Shown here in pieces: positions 27,203-35,663 of a stretch of 64,000 nucleotides of DNA. How positions within the stretch are numbered: position 1 is the stretch's first letter; each line of letters begins with the position of its first letter. Source of the stretch: Candidatus Nanosyncoccus sp. (GTDB lineage Bacteria; Patescibacteriota; Saccharimonadia; Saccharimonadales; Saccharimonadaceae); NCBI GenBank assembly GCA_045603965.1, contig JAZUND010000019.1:312-64311 (forward strand), given 5' to 3'. A program made the position numbers and the translations under genes. A model generated the notes under the pieces. It saw only the letters and a program-made list of their open reading frames with translations. It ran no database searches and was not told the DNA's origin.

Positions 27203-27434
27203 ATCCACTATCTCTTCCCTCACTAGAGAACTCAAAATTCACGCTCGCGCGCTCGGCATTCCCGACGGCGCCGCCGAAGATTTTATTAATCACGCCCTTT
27301 CGTCCGTTGAAAAATCCATCGCTAGAAAATCCATCATAACTTCCACCGACCTTACCAGAATAGTAGCCAAAGAGCTTGGGAAATATCACCGCGATTTAGC
27401 TTACGTTTTCCAGAATCGTGATACAATAATATAA
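27195..27434 (+). CDS. Small hypothetical protein (79 aa)
   Basis: Overlaps the upstream stop; local codon usage. Confidence 0.65.
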   Translation: MDKSTISSLTRELKIHARALGIPDGAAEDFINHALSSVEKSIARKSIITSTDLTRIVAKELGKYHRDLAYVFQNRDTII

Positions 27435-27442
27435 AGGATTTT

Positions 27443-28807
27443 ATGGGAAAAAAATACGATTACGATTATATAATTATTGGTAGCGGACCAGCCGGTTGTA
27501 CTGCCGCCCTTAGTCTTGCCAACCCAAAACGCAAAATCGCTCTCGTAGAAGGTGGCAAATTTGGTGGTAGTAATCTCAGCACTCGTGATATTCCTTACGC
27601 CATCAGTCTAGATTTTTCACACACTCTTTCCAAGCTCATCAGCTACCCAGAAATCAATCGTCACGGCCTACATTTTAATTTTCCCACCGTTGTCGCCCAC
27701 CAAAATTACACTATTTCTACCATCGCAAATCTAGATGCCAAGTCCATCAAAGAAGCTGGCATTACTTATTTTCAGGACAATGCCTACTTCCTTGACCCAC
27801 ACACCGTTGCAATCAAAAACAAACAAGTTACTTCTGCTAATTTCATTATTGCTACTGGCGCCACACCTACTTATGGCGATATTCATGGTATTGATACTGC
27901 CAAGTTTTTCACGCCATACAACATCATTAAAGCTAGACGCATTCCTAAGTTCATTCTTGTCGTCGGCGGTGGCGCTTCCGGTTGCGAAATTGCCGAATAC
28001 TTCGCCGAACTCGGTTCTAAAGTCATCATTCTCGAACGTGAGAACCGCTTGCTTCCTCGCGAAGACAAAGAAGCCGGTGCCGCACTCGCTGAATACTTTA
28101 CTAGACGCTTTGGCATTATGGTTATCACTGGTGCCGACGTCATCGCTCTAGAACCAGACGGCTCCACCGCGACCAAAGTCACCTTCAAACTCAAAAAAGA
28201 AGAAAAGACCATCCGCATTGATTGCGCCGTCCTCGCCACCGGCTCCGCCCCCAACACCGATCTTGGCCTAGAGAACGCCGGCGTCAAATACACCGAATCC
28301 GGTATCAAAGTCAATCGCATGTTCCAGACTTCCGCTCGCAATATTTACGCCATTGGCGACTGTATTGGTGGCGAATCTTCCACCGAGCGCGCCGAATATC
28401 AAGCCTCGGTTCTCGTTTCTAATCTTACTAGCCGTACCAAAAGTTACCCCAGCTACACTGGCTTCATCCGCACCGTTAATACTTTTCCAGAAGTTGCCAT
28501 CGTTGGCTATAATAAAGTCGACCTCGCCAAAATGAAACGCAGTTGCCGCAAAGCCATTGTCTATCTCAAAGACATCACCGCTAGTAAAATCCACCGTATC
28601 GATTACGGTTTTGTCAAAATCCTCGCCGACCATTCTGGCCACATTCTCGGTGCAACTATCGTCGCCCCAGGTGCATCTCTCATGGCCGAAGAATTCGCTA
28701 TCGCTATCCGTCATAATCTTACCGTGTTGGAGCTCGCCAGCACTCCACATATTTCCAACAGCTTCAACTACGCCATCAAACTCGCCGCCCGCCAATTAGT
28801 CAAATAA
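27443..28807 (+). CDS. Pyridine nucleotide-disulfide oxidoreductase (Lpd/MerA family) lacking the redox cysteines
   Basis: IIIGSGPAG, IIATGA, VVGGGASGCE, IYAIGD, PEVAIVG, ILGATIVAPGA. The CxxxxC site reads GGSNLSTRDIP. Confidence 0.85.
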   Translation: MGKKYDYDYIIIGSGPAGCTAALSLANPKRKIALVEGGKFGGSNLSTRDIPYAISLDFSHTLSKLISYPEINRHGLHFNFPTVVAHQNYTISTIANLDAKSIKEAGITYFQDNAYFLDPHTVAIKNKQVTSANFIIATGATPTYGDIHGIDTAKFFTPYNIIKARRIPKFILVVGGGASGCEIAEYFAELGSKVIILERENRLLPREDKEAGAALAEYFTRRFGIMVITGADVIALEPDGSTATKVTFKLKKEEKTIRIDCAVLATGSAPNTDLGLENAGVKYTESGIKVNRMFQTSARNIYAIGDCIGGESSTERAEYQASVLVSNLTSRTKSYPSYTGFIRTVNTFPEVAIVGYNKVDLAKMKRSCRKAIVYLKDITASKIHRIDYGFVKILADHSGHILGATIVAPGASLMAEEFAIAIRHNLTVLELASTPHISNSFNYAIKLAARQLVK

Positions 28808-28879
28808 CAAAAATCGGCGCGTAAGTTAGGGGGGTAACTTTAACGCGCCGGTTTCTATCCTAAAATCTCTTTTAGAACT

Positions 28880-28956
28880 TGGTGGCGGGGGTTGGATTTG
28901 AACCAACGACCTTTTGGTTATGAGCCAAACGAGCTACCAGGCTGCTCTACCCCGCG
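28880..28956 (-). tRNA. tRNA-Met (CAT), initiator type
   Basis: CGCGGGG 5' end with unpaired C1:C72, anticodon loop CTCATAA, CCA end. Confidence 0.9.
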
Positions 28957-29106
28957 ATATTCACCCTAGTACCTCCTTATTATACACCCATATCACCTTT
29001 TTGTAAATACCCCAAATTTATTTTGCACATAAACATTTTCCTGTACTTCATTCCAAAGTGAAAAACGGGGAGAAAACCGGAACCGGAAGACTCCGCTTCA
29101 GGACGA

Positions 29107-31296
29107 CTACTCTGCTAGGATACACCTAACTGAGAAACCGTTGTTGCGAACAAAATTACCATTGGACGGATAGACACCGCTAGAATTGACGCCGAGGAAG
29201 TACATACTGTAAGTACTGTACCACGTAGAGGACCAGAAGAAGCCGCTGTTACCCTGATAGCCCGCCTTACCTAAGATGAAGCGGCCGGATAATGGCGTAG
29301 AGAGAGCGGTCTGAAAGGCAGCTACTTGACTTGGGCTACCGCCACTATATTGACTATAAAGATTCTGGAACTCACCAGTTGAACCACCGGTTGGCAATCG
29401 CCATTTGTATGGACAAATATCATCTGTGATGTCTCGGATAGAATCAGCAACTGGATCACTAGAAGGGGAACCGGCAGATGATGTCCCGAAGCCACCCCAA
29501 CAATATGAACCAGCCGAAGCGGCACAATAGTTATAATATACACCTATCTTGCCTTGCACTATACTAGTCACTCCGTTAATAGTTTCAGAAGTAACACTAT
29601 CGTAAGACCAAGGTGAGTCAGCTGCTCCACCGTCCACACAGTATGCATCACTACAGCCACCACTAGTAGTGCTATCTACTGCTATCCACGGCTGTGAATA
29701 ACTGTAGCTGGAAGTCCAAGTTTTCTTCACTGCCGCCATTGCCCATTTATCAGTAGCGGTACCAATAGTATCCCCTTTTAGATAGCCTAGTGCTTTATTG
29801 CTTGCATTAGTCATCTTGCCAGCATTATCACCTGTTCCGTAAAGTTGAGCCCGAGTTAGAGCGGTAAGGTCTAGCGCAAGGTTATCTAACATCCAACATT
29901 TATCGTCAGCGAGTTTCTGCACTCGGTATGGAGTTTCATCACGTTTGTCATATACCGTCGTAATAGTCGTTGGACAATTAGCCAAAGTCAAGTCTTGCAT
30001 ATATATCTTGCTAGTCTTCCCCGTCACCGTCAGCGTAGAAGTACCTGTCACCATATAAGTTGTCGGATTATCCGTCGTAGAACCCAGTGTACCATTCGCC
30101 GTCGTCGCCCAAGTGTCTAACGTATAACTGTTTGAAGTTGGCTCCATAGCAATGGTGTACGGCACTCCATATTTCAAACTCGTTGTTCCGCCACTCGTAG
30201 TCACCGAAGCGGCATTACCGTAAGTCGAGTTCTCAAACGCTACGCTCCCCACACCAGCACCAGCGAAATTTACAGTAACGGTATAACTATTCAAACCCCA
30301 CATAGCATAAAGATATAAGTCGTTAGTATTTGACGTCTGATCGATATTCCAAGACAAATCAGTCCCAGCACCATTAGGATTGTAAGTAATACCGCCACAA
30401 CTATCCACACCGGCCGCTGTAGTGATATTACTAACACTACTAGTGCCACTACACCAACCTAGAAATGTATAATTTGTTTTGGTGGGTACAGCACTGCTTA
30501 TATTAACAGTTTCAGCATAAGAAGAACTACTCTCATTCACTGGGGCATTGCTACCATCCCCAACATTGTAGGTAATAGTATACGGTGTAGCATTCGCTAC
30601 CGCCGTCACCACGAAAGCACTACTATAAGTACCCGGAGGTGTAGTGGCATAACTCACCTTAGCCCCAATGACGATGTTATAGTCATTCTCACTATTATTG
30701 GCAGCATTAGTAATGTCTAGCGTATCACCTTCAATAGTAGGAGCAGGACGAAAAACAGTATTAGCACCACTGTTAAATTTACTTGGCAAATATCCCCAAG
30801 TACTAGCAACAAAATCATTTACGTCACTCAATGTAGACGTCGTGATAGACGGTATCGTGCAATTAGCCGTACAATTGGTATCCACATTTGTAAGTGGCAC
30901 TGGTGTACCTGTAGTGCCAGAAGCTGCAGCTATTTTCAGAGTATAGCCCGTAGCGTTGTTCGTACTAATGCCTATTGTCGTGTCGGAAGCAGACGTACTC
31001 CCCATCATAAAACCATCATCATAATTAGATAAATCAAGCGAAACCGAATCACTGACCCGTATGCTGATGGTGCTAGCGGCGGCATAGACTACACCCCCAT
31101 TATTAAACAGCAATGAAGCAACCCCTGTCACAGTCATTAATACCGCAACCGTCTCCGCCCTAAAGCCAAGACCACTACGCATAAATGCACTACTACGCCG
31201 CCCAAGAGAGGGGTGAATCTTTAGTTTGAAATAAAGGCCCAAAGATTCCAGGCGGCGTAGTAGTACATTCATATTATATATATGCTTATTCTTCAT
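29107..31296 (-). CDS. Surface protein with InlB B-repeat-like and C-terminal Fib_succ_major (FISUMP, C-type lectin fold) domains
   Basis: PTKTNYTFLGW (B-repeat), CWMLDNL, YYNYCAASAG, CPYKWRLPT, GFFWSST, NGFSVRCI. Confidence 0.85.
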   Translation of the reverse strand: MKNKHIYNMNVLLRRLESLGLYFKLKIHPSLGRRSSAFMRSGLGFRAETVAVLMTVTGVASLLFNNGGVVYAAASTISIRVSDSVSLDLSNYDDGFMMGSTSASDTTIGISTNNATGYTLKIAAASGTTGTPVPLTNVDTNCTANCTIPSITTSTLSDVNDFVASTWGYLPSKFNSGANTVFRPAPTIEGDTLDITNAANNSENDYNIVIGAKVSYATTPPGTYSSAFVVTAVANATPYTITYNVGDGSNAPVNESSSSYAETVNISSAVPTKTNYTFLGWCSGTSSVSNITTAAGVDSCGGITYNPNGAGTDLSWNIDQTSNTNDLYLYAMWGLNSYTVTVNFAGAGVGSVAFENSTYGNAASVTTSGGTTSLKYGVPYTIAMEPTSNSYTLDTWATTANGTLGSTTDNPTTYMVTGTSTLTVTGKTSKIYMQDLTLANCPTTITTVYDKRDETPYRVQKLADDKCWMLDNLALDLTALTRAQLYGTGDNAGKMTNASNKALGYLKGDTIGTATDKWAMAAVKKTWTSSYSYSQPWIAVDSTTSGGCSDAYCVDGGAADSPWSYDSVTSETINGVTSIVQGKIGVYYNYCAASAGSYCWGGFGTSSAGSPSSDPVADSIRDITDDICPYKWRLPTGGSTGEFQNLYSQYSGGSPSQVAAFQTALSTPLSGRFILGKAGYQGNSGFFWSSTWYSTYSMYFLGVNSSGVYPSNGNFVRNNGFSVRCILAE

Positions 31297-31348
31297 GTTA
31301 CCTCGTTATTAATACCTCCACCCCGAGCGTGCTACATATAATATAATC

Positions 31349-31494
31349 AAAAATGGCACCGCAAGGGTGCAACAACCTAATAACTAGCATCAGTGACCTG
31401 ATTCAGCTAACGGCTTCCTTGCGATGCCATTTTTTTGCTAAACTCAGGTCCTGATACAAAATATCCTGATGCCATTGGTTATTAAGTTGTTGCA
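31349..31494 (-). ncRNA. Structured RNA family, copy 2 (about 146 nt)
   Basis: Extended -10 TG-T-TACAAT at 31500-31508. 17-bp stem 31478-31494/31368-31384 with one G.U. Identical 22-nt 3' end at 31348-31369. Confidence 0.65.
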
Positions 31495-31575
31495 ATACCA
31501 TTGTAACACGAAAAAACGTCTTTGCCATAGACATTTTCTGCTATTTCAAGTTTTCCACAACCAAAAAAGAAAAAG

Positions 31576-32310
31576 CTACACGAATAATAACGCCAGCCTC
31601 AACACCAACCAAATAATCAACCTAATAATAATCGCTATTATAATAATCAGCGTCAATAATATCACAAATCCCGCCACCGTCGGTGCCCATACAGGCGACG
31701 CATAATTGTGACGATATAATTCTGTAGAAGGTAGTGATGCAATTATTGTGTCGTGTAACTCTTCCGCCGCTGGGTATTTCTGGATTTCCGACAGCATACA
31801 GTTAATAAACTCCGGCGAACTCCACAGCCACCCATTCGCCAATGCTTCTTCACGACAAGTCTCCCCTGCCATACCATACACATTGCCATAAGGATTCTCA
31901 TCACCCGTCATATTCTGCTCAGCCTCCTCGAGCGCCCTAGTTGCGTCCCGCAAATATTGATGCTCCAAATAAAACGGCCCCGTGCCAAAGCTCACTCGTT
32001 GCACACCATTCTCTTCCACCACATTCACCACAATATGCGAAAATACGAATTCCTTCAATCGTATCAATGCACTCGCCAATTCCTTATCGTTCGTAGCCGC
32101 CTCCGCTTCACTCTCATTCGCACCAATCCTCGCATCTACGGCAAGCACTGCATCTCTCAGTTCTGTCATCCGGATGTGGTTAAATCTAAGTAACGTCGCA
32201 TCAACTGGCAATAACACTACCAACAAAACCACCAGCACCCACGTTTTTATCCGCAAGCGCCATTTACGCTTTCGCACAAATTCCCTTATTTTCCCACCCG
32301 TTTTCACCAT
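31576..32310 (-). CDS. Hypothetical membrane protein (N- and C-terminal TM helices)
   Basis: 244-aa ORF with two hydrophobic segments, directly after aspS. Confidence 0.75.
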   Translation of the reverse strand: MVKTGGKIREFVRKRKWRLRIKTWVLVVLLVVLLPVDATLLRFNHIRMTELRDAVLAVDARIGANESEAEAATNDKELASALIRLKEFVFSHIVVNVVEENGVQRVSFGTGPFYLEHQYLRDATRALEEAEQNMTGDENPYGNVYGMAGETCREEALANGWLWSSPEFINCMLSEIQKYPAAEELHDTIIASLPSTELYRHNYASPVWAPTVAGFVILLTLIIIIAIIIRLIIWLVLRLALLFV

Positions 32311-32327
32311 ATATTATATATATTATA

Positions 32328-34088
32328 TTATTCTTCCGGTATAATCGCAAGGTGTGCTTCATCAAGTTGCACCTGATCCACCACAGACGGCGAATTCATC
32401 ATCAAGTCCACCCCATTACCATTCTTCGGGAACGCTACAATGTCGCGGATATTCTCGGTATCTTCTAGCACCATAAAGATTCGGTCAATTCCAAACGCGC
32501 ATCCCGCATGCGGTGGCGCCCCAAACTTAAATGCCGACAGCATTCCACCAAACCTTGCCTCTACATATTCCTTATTATAACCCAAGATATTAAATACCTT
32601 GTACATTATTTCTGGATTATAATTTCTTACTGCACCAGAACAAATCTCGTAGCCATTCATCACCATATCATATTGATCCGCCACAATTGCCAGCTTCTCT
32701 TCTACTGTTTCAGCTTTTTCAAGCGCTTCTAGTCCACCTTTTGGCATTGAAAACGGGTTGTGACCGAAATCTAACTTCTTGTTTTTCTCATCCCACTCGT
32801 AAAACGGAAAATCCACAATCCAACAAAGCGCCACCACATTTGGATCCTTCAACCCAAAATGGTCCGCAAAGGAAATCCGGAGCTGACCTAGCACCTTGTT
32901 TACCTTATCGCGCTCATCCGCGCCAAAGAATACCGCATCACCATCTTCTGCCCCCATCCGTTCGCGCACCCCAGCAATTTCCTCGTCACTCATAAATTTC
33001 AAAATCGGTGACTTGGCTTCTCCATCACTATACAATATGTACGCAAGTCCCCCAGCACCCAATTTTCTCGCCTGTTCCGTAAATTCGTCAATCTCACGTC
33101 GCGTCAACTTCGCACCACCCTTCACGCAAATTGCCTTCACGCATGGCTGTTTAAATACCTTGAACTCTGTCTTACTAAACACATCTGTAAGCTCCGTAAG
33201 CTCCATACCATATCTCAAATCTGGTTTATCTACGCCATATCTTTCCATAGATTCGGTATACGGAATTCGTGGCACTTTTTCAGAAAGCAGTTTCTTCCCT
33301 GCAAAATCTTTTACTAACGACTTAATTAACGGTTCCATTTCTTCGCGCACCATCTCGCCATTATCTGCAAATGACATCTCGAGATCTAACTGATAAAAAT
33401 CACCATATAATCTATCCGCTCGCGGGTCTTCATCACGAAAACATGGCGCAATCTGATAGTACTTCGGAATACCACCCACCATCAAAAGCTGCTTAAATTG
33501 TTGCGGAGCTTGCGGCAGTGCATAGAACTGTCCAGGGTGAAGCCTGGATGGAATCAAGAAGTCACGCGCTCCTTCCGGTGACGAATTTGCGAGTATCGGA
33601 GTCGTCACTTCAATAAATTCGTGTTTCTCCATATAAGCACGCATAAAGCTATAATACCTTGCTCGCTCGGTCAATAACTTCAACATAGATGGACGACGAA
33701 GATCTAGGAATCGATATTTTAACCGCATCTCTTCTGACGATTTTTCACCATCATCATGTGTGTTTACTGGTAACGGCTCGCTACGGTTAAGTAGCACCAA
33801 CTCTTCCACCACTAGTTCAATCTTCCCAGTAGGAATATTTGGATTTACTAGTTCTGGCTCACGCTCGCGCATTTTGCCCACTGCCTTCAACACAAATTCA
33901 TCACGCACCGACTCCGCCAATTTAAACGCTTCCTCAGTTTCTGGCGTCACCACCAACTGAATAATTCCAGTATGGTCACGCAAATCAATAAAAATCAATC
34001 CACCATGGTCACGGCGCGAATTCACCCAACCTTCCACCGTTACTTTTTTTCCTAAATAATCAATTAGTTTATCAGTCAAGATTCTCAT
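32328..34088 (-). CDS. aspS: Aspartate--tRNA ligase
   Basis: RRDHGGLIFIDLRD, RLKYRFLDLRR, SSPEGARDFLIPSR, YALPQAPQQFKQLLM, FRDEDPRADR, GAPPHAGCAFGIDR. Confidence 0.97.
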   Translation of the reverse strand: MRILTDKLIDYLGKKVTVEGWVNSRRDHGGLIFIDLRDHTGIIQLVVTPETEEAFKLAESVRDEFVLKAVGKMREREPELVNPNIPTGKIELVVEELVLLNRSEPLPVNTHDDGEKSSEEMRLKYRFLDLRRPSMLKLLTERARYYSFMRAYMEKHEFIEVTTPILANSSPEGARDFLIPSRLHPGQFYALPQAPQQFKQLLMVGGIPKYYQIAPCFRDEDPRADRLYGDFYQLDLEMSFADNGEMVREEMEPLIKSLVKDFAGKKLLSEKVPRIPYTESMERYGVDKPDLRYGMELTELTDVFSKTEFKVFKQPCVKAICVKGGAKLTRREIDEFTEQARKLGAGGLAYILYSDGEAKSPILKFMSDEEIAGVRERMGAEDGDAVFFGADERDKVNKVLGQLRISFADHFGLKDPNVVALCWIVDFPFYEWDEKNKKLDFGHNPFSMPKGGLEALEKAETVEEKLAIVADQYDMVMNGYEICSGAVRNYNPEIMYKVFNILGYNKEYVEARFGGMLSAFKFGAPPHAGCAFGIDRIFMVLEDTENIRDIVAFPKNGNGVDLMMNSPSVVDQVQLDEAHLAIIPEE

Positions 34089-34108
34089 GTGCTATATTAT
34101 ATCACATT

Positions 34109-34693
34109 TTACCCAACCAAATACTCTAATAATATCTGAACCGTGAAAAACCCCGCCAATTTTTCTTCTTTATCCATCACCAAGAAATAATGCTTGCCAG
34201 TCCTCTCGATTTCATCCGTCGCAAATCTCAGAGTATCATAAGTATGCAAATAGTAAACTTCTGCATCCAGATATTTTTCTGCTTTTTCCATCTCGCGCAC
34301 TTCTAGCGCATTCAAAGCCTCAGTATTTATAATTCCCTTAACTTTCCCTTTGGCGTCAACTACCGGAAAATTCGTAAAACCAGACTTATATAACTTATCG
34401 AGTACCAATGGCCCTAGCATCTCTTTATCTTTCACGAAGATCATTCTATCTTTCTGCACCATCAACTCACCTACCGTCCGCGAGTCATAGCTCATCACCG
34501 CCGCGATTCTATTGCGTTCTTTCGTACTTAACACCGAAAGCGGCGTCCGTCGAATCACTCCCACGAAATCCTCCATTGTTCTCGGTGTATATTTCGGCAC
34601 TATTTTTTTCACAGGCTCCGCCGGCTTCTCGCGATACCTCTCCAGCTTCGGATCAATAAACTTAACAATTTTTTGCAAAAAGTTTTGCCACAT
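34109..34693 (-). CDS. CBS-domain protein
   Basis: TVGELMVQKDRMIFV, SGFTNFPVVD..GKVKGII. Confidence 0.75.
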   Translation of the reverse strand: MWQNFLQKIVKFIDPKLERYREKPAEPVKKIVPKYTPRTMEDFVGVIRRTPLSVLSTKERNRIAAVMSYDSRTVGELMVQKDRMIFVKDKEMLGPLVLDKLYKSGFTNFPVVDAKGKVKGIINTEALNALEVREMEKAEKYLDAEVYYLHTYDTLRFATDEIERTGKHYFLVMDKEEKLAGFFTVQILLEYLVG

Positions 34694-34723
34694 GCTACAA
34701 TCATTATATCACAAAGGAGTTAT

Positions 34724-35488
34724 ATGAAAATAAAACAAGGCTTTTCTAAAGCAGGTCTCATTGCCAGTATCGCGACATTCGCTTTTGTCATCGTTGCAAC
34801 CATTCTCGTCATCAACGCTAACAACAATGCCACCAACTACGATAATTATGATTTTTATTCCGTCATCACCGGCGACGAGCATAATGGTAACATCGGCGAC
34901 AACATCAAAGGCGACAAAAACGCACCTGTTCTAGTTTTTGAATATGCCGATTTTCAATGCCCAGGTTGCGCTTCCATGAACACGCGCGTCAACGACGCCA
35001 TCAAAAAATCTGACGGCAAGTTAGCTATCGTCTACCGCAATTACTTACTTAGCTACCACAAAAACGGCACCGCCGCCGCTTCTGCCGCCGAAGCCGCCGG
35101 ACTTCAAGGCTACTGGAAAGAATACGCTGATAAGCTTTTCTCTGAGCAAGCCGAATGGGAATATGCCACCGGCTCCGAACGTACCGCCTTGTTCAATAAA
35201 TACTTCACCGACGTCACAGACGGCAAAGGTGACCTAGACAAATTCAATCAAGACATCGCTTCCGCCAATGTCTCACAAAAAATCAGCTTTGACATGGGAA
35301 TAGGCAAACGCCTCGGCATTCCAGGCACACCAGCATTTTATGTGGACGATCAATTCATCAACTGGAACAACAAAGAAGGTGGCTCCGTCAAAATCAACGA
35401 CCAAGAATTAACCTGGGATCACGCACTAAACGGCGATGAATTTGTTGACCTTCTTCTCGATATTGTTGATGCCAAGATCAACAACTAA
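34724..35488 (+). CDS. DsbA-family thioredoxin-fold protein
   Basis: N-terminal TM, EYADFQCPGC, GIPGTPAFYV. Start moved to ATG 34724 (SD AAAGGAG). Confidence 0.88.
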   Translation: MKIKQGFSKAGLIASIATFAFVIVATILVINANNNATNYDNYDFYSVITGDEHNGNIGDNIKGDKNAPVLVFEYADFQCPGCASMNTRVNDAIKKSDGKLAIVYRNYLLSYHKNGTAAASAAEAAGLQGYWKEYADKLFSEQAEWEYATGSERTALFNKYFTDVTDGKGDLDKFNQDIASANVSQKISFDMGIGKRLGIPGTPAFYVDDQFINWNNKEGGSVKINDQELTWDHALNGDEFVDLLLDIVDAKINN

Positions 35489-35571
35489 ATCTCAATGAAT
35501 TTTTGCCATTCGGCAGGCGCTATTTTTACTTTTTTGTTCTCTTGAGAATTTTTAATTCTTTTGATACGCAT
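35485..35571 (-). CDS. Candidate small protein, 28 aa (MRIKRIKNSQENKKVKIAPAEWQKFIEI)
   Basis: Promoter TTGCAT-17-TAGAAT (35579-35607) 7 nt before the ATG, matching the leaderless pattern. Confidence 0.35.
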   Translation of the reverse strand: MRIKRIKNSQENKKVKIAPAEWQKFIEI

Positions 35572-35663
35572 GTTGTCTATTCTATCAAACATTGCAAACC
35601 TATGCAAGTGCTTATGCTTGCAATCTATTAATAAGAGTGATATAATGTGGCCACTGGAGTAAT

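Noticed and set aside
31395-31415. GCTGAATC / TCAGCTAAC resembling c-di-AMP (ydaO) riboswitch motifs
   Set aside because: The two motifs are the same bases read on opposite strands, and the rest of the aptamer is absent.
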